Positions 46,163 through 57,100 of a DNA stretch of 61,352 bases are shown piece by piece; positions within the stretch are counted from its first letter, which is position 1; each line of letters opens with the position of its first letter. Position numbers and translations under genes: made by a program. Where the stretch lies: positions 1 through 61,352 of IMG/VR virus record IMGVR_UViG_3300009187_000027, one strand, 5' to 3'. The DNA comes from a virus (lineage: Duplodnaviria > Caudoviricetes). The notes below the pieces were generated by a model. It ran no database searches. It had not been told where the DNA came from and worked only from the letters and a program-made list of their open reading frames with translations.

Positions 46163-46366
46163 ATGACAACCATGAATCAAATCGAGACGGCAGAACCAAA
46201 GCAGATCGTCATCGCTGACGCGGACGTAGCCGCTCTGTTGGCACTTCGGCAGGAGTATTATCCCGGCGAGGAACTGCCGCCCTACTACCCGCTCAAGGTT
46301 GAGCAGCCAACGCTGACTCCGCCGGATTTGCGGACGCCGATTGAGGATGCAGAGAAGACTGCTTAG
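46163..46366 (+). CDS. Hypothetical protein (possible fibre chaperone)
   Basis: 67 aa directly after the fibre gene. Confidence 0.5.
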   Translation: MTTMNQIETAEPKQIVIADADVAALLALRQEYYPGEELPPYYPLKVEQPTLTPPDLRTPIEDAEKTA

Positions 46367-46410
46367 TTGGGCAGCCCCATAGTGTACAATGGTTCATAAG
46401 GAGACCTGAG

Positions 46411-47376
46411 ATGATGAACGCGACCTACTGTGCCCACGATGTCATTGACTACCTGATGCAGTCCGTTGGCGGCGGAGCGCAGGATCAGGAGCATCGCGTC
46501 CTGCGGGCTGCCACGCACCACTCGTACCGGGATGTGTGTGCCGCCAAGGATTGGCTGTGGCATGTCACCACCTCCACGATCACCACGGTGGCAGACCAGA
46601 ACACCTACCTGCTGCCCGAAGACTGCTCCAACGTGGACTCGCTGGTGCCGCCCGACAACACGACGGTCACCTCGTACATTGCCCCAGCCGAGTGGCTGCG
46701 TCTTGAGCAGAGCAACCTGACGCTGGGCGAGCCGACCTATTACACGGTCATGAAGTCGGACGATGCGAAGACGTTCGACCGATGGGTCATTCGGATTGCG
46801 GGCAAGGTGAAGGCGGGCATCGAGTTCCGGTACACCTACCGACGCCGCCCGAAACCCTTGATGCTGATGGGCTACGAGACGCAGGCTCGCACTGGATACG
46901 CCACCGTCACTGGCACGACCATCACGGGGAAGAACACCGCTTTCCCGCCAAAGTCTGCCGGGGCGATCTTCCGCATTGGCACACCGGGCAACTACCCGGA
47001 GCCAATGACGGGCATGTACCCGTATCAGGAGCAGGGACGAATCGCAGCCCGAGTGGACGATGACTCGCTGACCCTTGAGGTTCCATTTGCTGGAACCTAC
47101 ACCGACTGCCGGTTTGTGATCTCCGACTATCTCGATGTCTCGCCGGGGATGTTCACCGCTCTCCTGACGGGTGCCGAGATGTGGCTTGCCCGACTTCAGG
47201 GCAAGAACGTCGAGGGTGCAGTCCAGATGTACACCCGAGACCTGCGTCTCGCGATGGAGAATGACGTTGTCGCTCCCATCTCCGGTCGCCGGGCTCCGTT
47301 CGACCGAGTGCCCGATGCCGATGGGGCGAGGTATGCGGGAATCTATTCCCCGCTTGGCCCAGACACCGGCAGTTGA
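46411..47376 (+). CDS. Putative head-tail adaptor (tail tubular A-like)
   Basis: W.W...T...Y.LP.D, G.PTYY, YTYRRRP. Confidence 0.65.
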   Translation: MMNATYCAHDVIDYLMQSVGGGAQDQEHRVLRAATHHSYRDVCAAKDWLWHVTTSTITTVADQNTYLLPEDCSNVDSLVPPDNTTVTSYIAPAEWLRLEQSNLTLGEPTYYTVMKSDDAKTFDRWVIRIAGKVKAGIEFRYTYRRRPKPLMLMGYETQARTGYATVTGTTITGKNTAFPPKSAGAIFRIGTPGNYPEPMTGMYPYQEQGRIAARVDDDSLTLEVPFAGTYTDCRFVISDYLDVSPGMFTALLTGAEMWLARLQGKNVEGAVQMYTRDLRLAMENDVVAPISGRRAPFDRVPDADGARYAGIYSPLGPDTGS

Positions 47377-47383
47377 GTGACCC

Positions 47384-47662
47384 ATGCTCCGAATCAATAA
47401 GTTCACCGGACTCATCACCCGTGCATCGCCTTACGCTGTGCCGCCGGGAGGATCGCAGTCTCAGGTCAACTTCGTGGTGAGTGCCCCCGGAGAAATCCGC
47501 ACCCGAGGCGGCATGGCTGGCATCCGATTCAAGGCTGGGCGTCTTGGCGGCGGCGTGGTCGAGCAGGTGTTCCCGATCTCGGGTGGTTACGACCGACCGG
47601 ACAGGGCTGTCGTGATCGACTCTAACGGAGAGATCGAGATCGTAGACGGCGCAACGCTGTGA
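47384..47662 (+). CDS. Protein resembling the N-terminus of a tail nozzle/stabilisation protein
   Basis: FTGL...N....GEIRTRGG. Confidence 0.5.
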   Translation: MLRINKFTGLITRASPYAVPPGGSQSQVNFVVSAPGEIRTRGGMAGIRFKAGRLGGGVVEQVFPISGGYDRPDRAVVIDSNGEIEIVDGATL

Positions 47663-47663
47663 G

Positions 47664-50549
47664 GTGCCAGTGTCTCTCTATCGTCTTGCAGCCAACAATC
47701 CCGCCACGCTTGCTGTCGGGAAGCACCAGTTCGCCTATCTGTATCAGGGCTATGGTCAGCGACCGCTTCGCATAGACCTCCTTGATGGCACCATCACGCC
47801 TAGTGGCATTGACGAGCCTCCCACGCCGCCGGATGTTGCGGAGGCTGGCCCGGTCAAGTACTACGTTGCCCGCGTGGACGTTGGCTACGGTGGCAGGCAA
47901 TACACGCTGCCTCCCGTGATCCAGTTCGACGGCACGGCAGAACGCAAGGCTGTAGCCAGATGCTTTCTGGATGGCGACCGGATCGGCTCTGCACTCTTGG
48001 TGGACGGCGGCAGGGGGTATCTGTCTCCGCCAGACGCCACGCTCGACGCCACGCCCGGCAGCGGGGCGGTGCTGGAGGCTGTGCTGGCTGGCATTGCTCC
48101 GCCGACCACGGGACTCAATGCGGCGGAGATCATTCGCAGTGCCGACTACGCCCCGTGCCTGCCCCCCGTGGACTATGACGGTGTGCCGTGCCCCGGCGGG
48201 ACGCCTAGCCCTGCGTGGACTGCGCAGGACACCAAAGGCAACCCTTGGAGGTTCGTAAAGAGAGCCGGGACTTCCCTGACATACTCAGTGAAACTCGCAC
48301 AGACGTTCGGCTCCGCGACCACGACCTACACCCGGATTGCCGAGGCGGAGATCACGTTTGATCAGACGGTAACCGTCAACGGTCTCACCTACCCGCTCAA
48401 CGCCACCAATCGAGGCGTGAGGATCGTAGATCAGGGTGCGGACTATTCTGGGGATGTGATCATCGAGGTTCGTGGGGCACCCCGTGGCTCAAACGGAATT
48501 CCCGACCAGAGCCTGTGCGGGTCTACTTCAACGCAGCCGCTCGTAATCTCGTTCACGCGAGCCGCCGTCGTGACCACAGCGTCTCGACCGATTGCCAGCG
48601 TCATCGTCAGGGACGGCGGGTCGGGTTACGCGGGCACGCCATCCATTACTGTCTCGACGCAGTACGGCTCCGGGGCGACCCTGCGAGCCACGACATCGAG
48701 CGGTCGGATCACTGGCGTGTCGGTGGTCTCTGGTGGCTTGTACACCGACACCCCCGATCTGGCTGTGGACAGCGGCGGCGGGGCTGTGATCCCGATTGCG
48801 CGGGCTCACCTGCGTGGCGTCTATCAGTGCTGCTATCGCTACGTCGATGACACTCCCGAAGACCGTGGTGGCCCGATCTGCTCTTCGATATCGCCCATCT
48901 TTGAACTCGACTGCGGGGAGGGTGTTGGTGCGGTGGCGTGGGCATACGCAGACCCTCCCGTCGTTGATGGGCGCACGTTGAGGGTGGAACTGTGGCGAAC
49001 GACCGGGGATCAGGCATACCAACTCTACCGGCTCCCTGAGAGTGCCAAGACTCTCGATGACCTGACAGACTCGGAACTGCAAGACCCCAACCGGGAGAAC
49101 TACCTCTCGATGCCGATCCTCCTGCCGAACGGTGAACTCAACGCCGGTCGGTTCGGAGTGCCGCCGTCCGACAAGGCTGTGGCCTGCATGTTTCAGGATC
49201 GGCTCTGGATCGCGGGAGACACATCTGGCCTTGAGCCGAACACCCTCTACTACTCGGAGGTGGACGAGCCCGAGAGCATCCCCGATGTGAACGATCTCGT
49301 CCTCCAGACGAACGTGAAGGGGCACGACGCAATCACTGCCCTCATCCCATACGGTGGCTCGCTGGGGGTAATGCAGGCTCACCACGCCTATCGCCTGTCA
49401 TATGTCGCCCAGCCGCTGATCGACGCCAATCTCCAGATTGCAGCGTTCCGGGGGTGCGTCAGCCAGAGGTGCTGGGACGAGTACGAAGGCGTGATCTACG
49501 CAATGGACACTGACGGGGTGTATGCCCTCGACCAGAGCGGCAAGGTCGAGCCCATCAGCGAGGCGATCTCCGACCTGTTCATGTACAGGATCGACTTCAC
49601 TGACCCGAAGTGGTTCTCGGTCGTTGCGGACAAGAACCTCAATGTGCTGCGTGTAAGCGTCAGGCTGATCGGAGACGAGCCGGGGGAGTACCCGACGAGG
49701 CAGTACTGCTACTCGTTTGAGACTCAGGCGTGGTGGCAGGAGCGTTACCCGCACCCGCTGGTTGGAGGCTGCAACCTCACTGACTCGACGGGCTACTACC
49801 GATGCTTTTACGGTGGGGCGGAAGGGCAGGTGTACGGGGTTGCCTACGGAAATGCGGACGTAGCCTACAAGACAGTCACCGGCATCACCGTCACCAACCC
49901 CGGCAAGGGATATAGGAAGCCGCCTGCCGTCAGGATTCAGGGCGGCGTGGGGGCGGTAGTCGAGTCTGCCGTTCGCGGAGACGGCTCGCTGCTGGGCCTA
50001 TACGTTCGCGCTGGCGGCTACGGATTCGACGCCCCGGTGGTTGTCATTGATCCCCCGGATGACCCGGATGGGGTGCAGGCGGAGGCCACCTGCACCGTGG
50101 ATAGCGGCACCACTGCCATCCCCTGCTGGTTCAAGACGGGCAACTTGGAATACCCGTCCGACTCGATAGCACCGGGCGGCAAGGTGGATGCCAACCGGGG
50201 AGTCGGTGTGCTGTTCTCACCGACCCAAGGCGAGAGCCAACTGCGTCTCAAGATGTACTACAACGGGCAGGTGTACCCCCGTGCCAACGTCGCCTACCGG
50301 GATCGAGGCGACGGTGCGATCTACAGCGACACCGAGCCATCGGTCGTGATGGACATGGACAAGGGGAAGCAGCCCGAGGAACTGTCATCTGGCATCTGCC
50401 GGGCTCTGTTCTCGGGCGGGACAATGGATGACTTCCGGGGCAACGACAGGCATGTGGCTGTCGAGTTCTACGGGCACCGCGATGACGCTGGCCCGGTGGT
50501 TCTGCACCAGATCGATGTCTACGGCATCCCGACGCCGGGAGGTGGCTGA
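47664..50549 (+). CDS. Tail nozzle/stabilisation protein (tubular B / P22 gp10-like) with inserted beta repeats
   Basis: FQDRLWIAG, LYYSE...PE, ITAL, GCVS; several GG.GY...P repeats. Confidence 0.7.
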   Translation: MPVSLYRLAANNPATLAVGKHQFAYLYQGYGQRPLRIDLLDGTITPSGIDEPPTPPDVAEAGPVKYYVARVDVGYGGRQYTLPPVIQFDGTAERKAVARCFLDGDRIGSALLVDGGRGYLSPPDATLDATPGSGAVLEAVLAGIAPPTTGLNAAEIIRSADYAPCLPPVDYDGVPCPGGTPSPAWTAQDTKGNPWRFVKRAGTSLTYSVKLAQTFGSATTTYTRIAEAEITFDQTVTVNGLTYPLNATNRGVRIVDQGADYSGDVIIEVRGAPRGSNGIPDQSLCGSTSTQPLVISFTRAAVVTTASRPIASVIVRDGGSGYAGTPSITVSTQYGSGATLRATTSSGRITGVSVVSGGLYTDTPDLAVDSGGGAVIPIARAHLRGVYQCCYRYVDDTPEDRGGPICSSISPIFELDCGEGVGAVAWAYADPPVVDGRTLRVELWRTTGDQAYQLYRLPESAKTLDDLTDSELQDPNRENYLSMPILLPNGELNAGRFGVPPSDKAVACMFQDRLWIAGDTSGLEPNTLYYSEVDEPESIPDVNDLVLQTNVKGHDAITALIPYGGSLGVMQAHHAYRLSYVAQPLIDANLQIAAFRGCVSQRCWDEYEGVIYAMDTDGVYALDQSGKVEPISEAISDLFMYRIDFTDPKWFSVVADKNLNVLRVSVRLIGDEPGEYPTRQYCYSFETQAWWQERYPHPLVGGCNLTDSTGYYRCFYGGAEGQVYGVAYGNADVAYKTVTGITVTNPGKGYRKPPAVRIQGGVGAVVESAVRGDGSLLGLYVRAGGYGFDAPVVVIDPPDDPDGVQAEATCTVDSGTTAIPCWFKTGNLEYPSDSIAPGGKVDANRGVGVLFSPTQGESQLRLKMYYNGQVYPRANVAYRDRGDGAIYSDTEPSVVMDMDKGKQPEELSSGICRALFSGGTMDDFRGNDRHVAVEFYGHRDDAGPVVLHQIDVYGIPTPGGG

Positions 50550-51064
50550 TGGCATTCACAAAACAGGGAGGTGCTATCGAGCAAGCCTTGGTCACGGGCG
50601 GTTTCTCGCCGCTCCAAGCCAACTCGCTCATGTACGCCATCGCCAACTGCGCCCAGCCCCTTGAGCATCGAGGCCCGTTCACGATCAGTTATGTCCCGCA
50701 GCAGGTCAGGCTCGTAACGCCCGAGAAGGAAAAGTACGCCTACGAGAAGTTCAACTTCACGACGAGCGAGGGCGAGCGTCGTGCGTTCCAGCCTGCGCCC
50801 CCCACTGATTTCTGCACCCAATACCCAGACGCCCCTGAGTGTATCGAGACGCCGGGATGCGACCTGTCTACAGCCTGCGACAGGCTGGACGGCATCGAGC
50901 GCAGGCTTGATGACATTGACGAGTTTCGCGACGAGGCAGGCAGAACCTTCCGAGAAATTGCCGACCTGCTCGCGGAAGCCAACAGGGCTGTAGCGGAACT
51001 ACAGAGCGGATTGGCGGAGATACGGGAGTTCCTCCGCAACACCACAGACTGCCCGTCCCCATGA
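50549..51064 (+). CDS. Hypothetical coiled-coil protein
   Basis: Coupled start; C-terminal heptads. Confidence 0.65.
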   Translation: MAFTKQGGAIEQALVTGGFSPLQANSLMYAIANCAQPLEHRGPFTISYVPQQVRLVTPEKEKYAYEKFNFTTSEGERRAFQPAPPTDFCTQYPDAPECIETPGCDLSTACDRLDGIERRLDDIDEFRDEAGRTFREIADLLAEANRAVAELQSGLAEIREFLRNTTDCPSP

Positions 51065-52452
51065 CGCTCTACCGCTGGGCGAAGCAGTTACTGGTACGAA
51101 GCAAGTATGGCGGCAAACTGGCTGCCAGCGCGGAGTGCTGCTGCAAGAAGTGGTATTGCGTTTTGACAACAGGTAAGGCTTACGAGTGCCGCGACTCGGC
51201 ACCCGACCCGAACACTGGCGATCAACTCCTCTCAGAGCATCCCAACGAGAAGGCATGCAACAAGGAGTGCTACGAGCGTTACTTCTGCGTCACGAACCCT
51301 TCGGGCTCAAAGGAGTGTGTCAAGGAAGGCGAGGTCAACAACCGTCCTGCGGACGGGCCTTACAAACGGTCGGAGTGTGACGAACGGTGCCGAACGTGCC
51401 CTCACTGCGGGGACGAAGCCTGTCAGGCGGAGGCGAAGGGCGACTTCAGCATTCTCGACACTTGCTGCTCATCCGCCAGTGAAGTCTGGGAGTTCCGGGG
51501 CGGGCAGTGGGAGATCATCTCCAACTGCGGCGGCGACCCGAAGTCGTTCTGCGTGGGCGAGGTGATCGACCCGTTCCCCGCCTCACCCAACGAAGGCGAC
51601 CAGTTCACCCTGCGATGCACAGGTCTGGGCAATGTCGATCTTCCGAGCGGCAAAGACTGCCCGAAGTGCAAGTGGGGCTGCAAGACTGACTCATCGACAG
51701 GCGAGAAGAAGTGCGAGCGGGACGAAGACGGGGACTACGACACCGAAGAAGAATGCAAGCCGCCGTGCGCTGGGGTCTGGTACTGCAAGGACTCATCAAC
51801 GTGCGAGCGTAAGACCACGCCGCCATCCCCCGGAAAGCAGGGGTACGACACCGAGCAGGAGTGCCTTGACAAGGCTCCCGAAGAGTGCCCAGAGAAGCGA
51901 TGGCGATGCGAGAGTTCAGACGCTTGCATCGCGGAGATCGAGCAGGCTGGCACGGCATACTTTGACACCGAGCAGGATTGCCTCGATGCGGCACCCGACC
52001 AGTGCCCTCCGCCATGCAATGGCTGGCCTCCGAACAAAATCACCGGAGACCCACTCTCGGGGAACTACACATCAGTGCGATACCTACCAGACTACCCGCC
52101 GGGATTCATGCCAGACCCAGTTCCCGGCGACCCGCCTCCTCCGCGAGCCCCTCGTCGCTGGAGGACTACAGCCACCGTCACCACGAACAAACGCGATCTT
52201 GTGCCGGGACAGTGTGCCATAGAAACCACCATAGTCGAAAAGACAGTCCTGCTTGAGTGCAAGGGCGGCGACATCAACGAAGTGGACTACGCACCGTTCC
52301 AGCCAGCGCCTGCGATATGGGACATCAACGACCCCTGCTGGACGGGTGCGTCTGTCCTTGACCGCAAGCAGGAGACGCATCAAATCTTCGACGGGTTTGG
52401 CGAGAACGGCGAGGAGTACTTCGGGCCAACCGAATGCGGGCTATGCCCATAG
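51061..52452 (+). CDS. Cysteine-rich repeat protein
   Basis: ECCCK; repeated W.C...C...(Y/F)DTE.(E/D)C modules. Confidence 0.75.
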   Translation: MTLYRWAKQLLVRSKYGGKLAASAECCCKKWYCVLTTGKAYECRDSAPDPNTGDQLLSEHPNEKACNKECYERYFCVTNPSGSKECVKEGEVNNRPADGPYKRSECDERCRTCPHCGDEACQAEAKGDFSILDTCCSSASEVWEFRGGQWEIISNCGGDPKSFCVGEVIDPFPASPNEGDQFTLRCTGLGNVDLPSGKDCPKCKWGCKTDSSTGEKKCERDEDGDYDTEEECKPPCAGVWYCKDSSTCERKTTPPSPGKQGYDTEQECLDKAPEECPEKRWRCESSDACIAEIEQAGTAYFDTEQDCLDAAPDQCPPPCNGWPPNKITGDPLSGNYTSVRYLPDYPPGFMPDPVPGDPPPPRAPRRWRTTATVTTNKRDLVPGQCAIETTIVEKTVLLECKGGDINEVDYAPFQPAPAIWDINDPCWTGASVLDRKQETHQIFDGFGENGEEYFGPTECGLCP

Positions 52453-52462
52453 GAGGTGTACA

Positions 52463-52876
52463 ATGGAACAGATGCTCCACGAATACACAGTCCGCCCCGC
52501 AGGTCGCCTTACGATCTACCGCTGCCGCCACTGCGGGAAGGGTGTGGCCCGCGACACCCCGCCGCCTGACGAGGCTTGCTCTAAGAGGGAGTCCCCGCCC
52601 GCTCCGCCTGCTGGGGCGGGTACGGAACTCTCTCGCATGCTGTCGAGCATTGGGATCAAGGCATCACCGAATTGCTCCTGCCGAGCAAAGGCCCGCGAGA
52701 TGGACACCCGTGGAATTGCGTGGGTTGAAGCCAATATCGACCTGATTGCCGGGGAGGATGGCTGGCTGCACCAGCAGGCCAAGGCCCGCAAATTGCCCTA
52801 CTCAGTGATGGTGGGGCGTCGGCTCGTTCGGGTGGCGGTTTCGCGGGCAAAAAAGAACCCCAACGCCACCCCTTAA
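52463..52876 (+). CDS. Cys-containing hypothetical protein
   Basis: AGGAGG RBS; CRHC; GAGTEL...CSC...MD..G..W. Confidence 0.65.
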   Translation: MEQMLHEYTVRPAGRLTIYRCRHCGKGVARDTPPPDEACSKRESPPAPPAGAGTELSRMLSSIGIKASPNCSCRAKAREMDTRGIAWVEANIDLIAGEDGWLHQQAKARKLPYSVMVGRRLVRVAVSRAKKNPNATP

Positions 52877-52901
52877 TTCTGCCGCTTTCTCGCTCTGCCG
52901 G

Positions 52902-52909
52902 GCCATAAG
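52902..52909 (+). promoter_or_regulatory. GCCATAAG motif upstream of the ejection-protein operon
   Basis: TGCCGGGCCATAAGCC, same 16-mer as at 27947-27962. Confidence 0.6.
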
Positions 52910-52926
52910 CCTGTCAGGAGCGAGAT

Positions 52927-53334
52927 ATGGCTGGGCTGAATTACCAGACGGGTGTGCAGGCAACGCAGGCCACCAATCCCGGTGCGCTTGCTGGACTCTT
53001 GAAGTCCCCGGCTCGCTCCCCACTGGGCTCTGCCACTGGGCAGAGGGCTGCCCAGCAGTTCTTCAAGCAGAACGCCCTCAACGATTGGGGGCAGATGTCC
53101 ACCTCTGTGCAGCAGGCCAACGCACAGCAGTTCATGTCCTCCCAGAAGTTGCGGTCGGAAGCCGCAATGAACGGGCTTGAGTACCTCAACCGGGTCAACT
53201 CGGACTTTAACGAGCGAGCCCGCAATCAGGCATCTCTGGGTGCTGACGTACAAGCCTCCAACCTTGGCTACCAGTTCGGGGCACAGGCTGCCGCTCTGCG
53301 TCGTGCCGCCAACATCAGGAGGAATAACCCCTGA
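52927..53334 (+). CDS. Gln/Ala-rich putative internal virion protein
   Basis: Composition and position. Confidence 0.6.
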   Translation: MAGLNYQTGVQATQATNPGALAGLLKSPARSPLGSATGQRAAQQFFKQNALNDWGQMSTSVQQANAQQFMSSQKLRSEAAMNGLEYLNRVNSDFNERARNQASLGADVQASNLGYQFGAQAAALRRAANIRRNNP

Positions 53335-53786
53335 TGGCTATCGCGTCTGACCCAACGCTTGGCAACGTCGCGATGCAAACGACGTACAAGCCGCCGCAGA
53401 AGATCGATCCCTCCGCGTCGATCACGAACACGCTGGCGCAAGGCGACCAGATGGCGGACTACCGCGCCAACGTCAAGGGGCTGGATCGGGCTGGCTTCTC
53501 GCGTGGCAAAGGCCAGCAGTACGCCGCCGGTCTGGCGGGCATGAAGGCCATCGGTGATTCGCGCCAGCGCGCCGCTCAGTCGCAGCAGGAAGCCGACACA
53601 GTCAACGCTCAGATGCAGACCGACTACGAGTACGGTCGCGAGACCGAGGCTCAGAAACTCGCGATGGTTCAGCAGGCTCAGAGCCAGAGCGATTGGTCTG
53701 TGCAGATGGCACAGCAGCAGGCGGCGGCTCGCATCGCATCCGCACAGCAGTCGGGGCAACTGCAACTTCTCACTGCCCTCGTCTAG
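53334..53786 (+). CDS. Gln/Ala-rich putative internal virion protein
   Basis: Composition; coupled start. Confidence 0.6.
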   Translation: MAIASDPTLGNVAMQTTYKPPQKIDPSASITNTLAQGDQMADYRANVKGLDRAGFSRGKGQQYAAGLAGMKAIGDSRQRAAQSQQEADTVNAQMQTDYEYGRETEAQKLAMVQQAQSQSDWSVQMAQQQAAARIASAQQSGQLQLLTALV

Positions 53787-53795
53787 GAGACCTCC

Positions 53796-54137
53796 ATGCA
53801 TTCCTTTGATCTCGATGACCTGCGCCCCAGCGCCCTCAAGCGGATGCTCAAAGAGGCACTTCTCAAGGGCGACCTCAAGGACAAGGCGAAGCACAGCGCT
53901 CAAGACGATGAGGACGCACGACGCGAAAGCCTCGTAGACCTCCATGAGTCCAAGGGCGACAGCAAGCCGCCAAAGGTCACCAGCGATGACCTCCCCGAGG
54001 AACTCCGCAAGGTCGCCTCCGAGGATGACTCGGATGAGAAGGAGCCGCCCAAGAAGAGCGGCAAGAAGGTTCCTCCGCAGTTCGCAAAGAAGGGCTCCAA
54101 GAAGAACGCTCCCCCGTTCGCCAAGAAGGGGAAGTGA
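53796..54137 (+). CDS. Lys/Asp-rich hypothetical protein
   Basis: AGGAG RBS; PP(Q)FAKKG x2. Confidence 0.65.
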   Translation: MHSFDLDDLRPSALKRMLKEALLKGDLKDKAKHSAQDDEDARRESLVDLHESKGDSKPPKVTSDDLPEELRKVASEDDSDEKEPPKKSGKKVPPQFAKKGSKKNAPPFAKKGK

Positions 54138-57100
54138 TGGCAGACCCCCGTAAGTTCATCAGCGCACTCAAGGCCCAGAACCTCTCCGACTTGAGTGACG
54201 CGGAGAAGGCTGCCGCCCCCGGCGGGCCTGTCTTCCAGCAGGGCGCAAAGAAGAAGAACGGCGAGAGCGGGAAGATTTCCGTTCGCGGCTCTGGGAAGAC
54301 CGACGCCGAGGCGATCATGCTCGCCATTCAGAACCCGGAGGCGAGGGGGTTCATTGCCAACCTGCCGCCCGACGAAATCGCCGACCTCTACGACCGCATT
54401 GCCGAGGTCAACAAGGGCTGGGCTGACGAGTTCTCTGGGATCATCATGGACGGCAACCCTGCCGTCGCCCTGCCAGAGACCGACGAGAATCCGCTTCGTG
54501 AGCGACCGGGCCAGATTACAAGGAACACTCCCGAGCCGACCAACAGTCTTGCGGATCGGCTGGATGCCGAGATCGAGATATCGGATCGCAGGGATGACGC
54601 TCGACTGAGAGGGCAGCGAGACACCCTCGACCAGATGAAGGGCGTGAGCCGCCGCGATCCACCAACGACTGCCGCCGACGCAGTCGCCAACAAGGCTCCC
54701 GAGCGTGTCTCGCCGCCAGCCTACAAAGACGAGCAGATCGTCATCTCTCGGTTTGAGAAGGGGAAGGGCAAGGGAAAGCCCACGAAGGTCACGCAGAGGA
54801 TATCTGGCCCCAAGTCCGCGCCAGAGGGACGCTCGCCCGCCAGCCGCACCGCTCCCGTTGGCGAATACCAACCCGACAGGCGTCTCGGAAAGGCATTGCT
54901 CCAGTTCTTCAAGGATGTCGCTAAGACGGGATGGACTGTACCCGAGGACATCGAGTGGAGCGTTCCAGCCAAGGGCGACAAACCTGCCAAGACGGTGACG
55001 TACAAGGCTGGAGACAAACCCTCCGCTGCCGACCTGCAAGCCATATACCGCAGGAAGCCTGAGTGGCTGCGTGACGTTCGCGTCTCGCTCTACAAAGACC
55101 CACGCAGTCGGGCTCGCGGTCAGGTTCTTCCGACAGGAGAAGAGGCTGCCCTGCCTTCCGCCCCACGCTCTGGTTCGCCGGGGAAACTGGGGCGGATGAA
55201 AGAGGGCTACTACGGCAACAAGACAGGCACGACCGACAAGAAGGGTGCCCTGCTCGATGCTCGCTCCAACAACTCAAAGCAAGAGACGCTCGCCCGAAAG
55301 GTGACAGAGGCTTCAGGCTTCAATCCCGCCGCCGCCGAGGGCATGGGGCTGACTCGCTCCCGAGAGGAAATGATCGAGGGCGGCTTCGATCCCGGCGGCG
55401 TTAAGTCGCCCGTTGGCGATTCCAGAATGCAGGGGCCAGAGAAGCGAGTTGATACAGCGCACTGGCTTGTCAGGGACATGTACAAGGAGAAGGGGGACGC
55501 GATCCTTGAGTTCCTCCGCACCGCCCCGGATGAATCCGCACAGCGTCAGGCTCTGAAGGTCGCACAGAGCATCGTCAATCGGAACACCCCGACAACGGAT
55601 CGCATCTCGCGGGTTGCCGCAGCGGACTCGGTGATGGGTGTGTTCGATGCCTTGATGACGGGTGCCGGTCGGAAGTCCTACGTTCCCGGCCCCGACCTCC
55701 AGAAGTTCCAGCGTGAAGCCGTTTCGGGTGATGTCGAGGCGGGACGCATACCTGTTTCCAGCCCCGATGTCACGCCCACCCGAGTGATGGACATTCACCC
55801 ATACAACTCCCGCCCCATCACCGTGGCTGGCGGATTGGCTGTGCCACTCGACAAGGTGAAGTTGCGTTCTGGCTTGTCGAACGACGCACCTGCGGATGTG
55901 ACCCGTGTACCGATGACCGTAGACCTGCCCAAGTCCACGGCGACACCGGGCGTCTACGCGGGCAAGGGTGCCGATGAGATGGTGGCGATCTTCGATGCGA
56001 AGTACAATGGCATGGGCCTTGACGAAGTTCGCGACTACCTCGATGAGGCAATCAAAGCGGGCAAGAACGCGGGCGAGGATGTTGCCGAACTGGAGTTCGA
56101 CCGGAACGCCCTGCTGGACGCCCGCACCGAGCGGAAGTCTTTTGAGGAGATGCTCGCTGGCCTCGACCGGGCGGATGCGACGAGTCGTTACGACAAGTTC
56201 ATACAGCCCAGAGAGAAAGCCGTCGAAGAGAAGCCGAAGCGTGGCGGCAAGAAGACCGTGGCAGTGGAGAAGCCCCTGCCTCTGGCGCAACGCGGAATCC
56301 GATACGTCCGAACCCGAGACGCAGACGGGAATCCCGTTGTCACCGAAATCCGCGAGCCGGTCGCGGCAACGTCAGAGGTTCCTGTGGCGGAGACACTGCC
56401 TCAGAACACGACGCCGAGCGAGCCAACGCCTGCGCCGACTCCAGCACCGACCCCCGCTCCGACGCCGACTCCAGCGCCGACACCGACGCCCACCCCGACT
56501 CCTGCATCCACGCCTGCCGCACCCAAGGGTGGTCTGGGCGAGGACTACCGTGCGCTCGCCTCCATCGCCGCTTCTGGCGACACGCCGCACGAAGACCTCG
56601 TCTCGCTCATGGCTGACCTCGACTCCCAGTACTCTATGGAGAAGGATGCTGGCGGACCGTCCAAGGAGATCGACAGGCTGCGAAAGGCAGCCGCCGCCGC
56701 AGTGAAGGCCCGAGCCCCGAGGAAGGGCAACACCCGAGTCCGACAGGGTGCTACGACCAACCTGACCCCGCCACCGCCCGCTCCGACTCCGACGCCTGCG
56801 CCCACGCCTGTTGCCACGAGCGTTCCTGCCGAACCGAGCGCAGTTGCGAAGCCGGAAAGAAAGCCACGGGCACCCGCAGCGCCGCCGCCTGTCGATAGCC
56901 GTGGGTTCCCGACATCGACCTACAGTGAGCCGCTGGGGCCGGGCGGGACACCTCAGTCCGACGCTTGGTTGTTCGACCGTCGTGGCACCGATTTGCTGGA
57001 TGTCTCTTATGGGGACGGCGGCAAGGTCAACGTAGACTCGACCATCATGGGCTTTCCGCCCGCTGACTCCACCGAAGGATGGCTGCCGCTTCATGCGGAG

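Noticed and set aside
56420-56820. Short tandem DNA repeats
   Set aside because: Explained by Pro-Thr/Pro-Ala linker coding; codons vary
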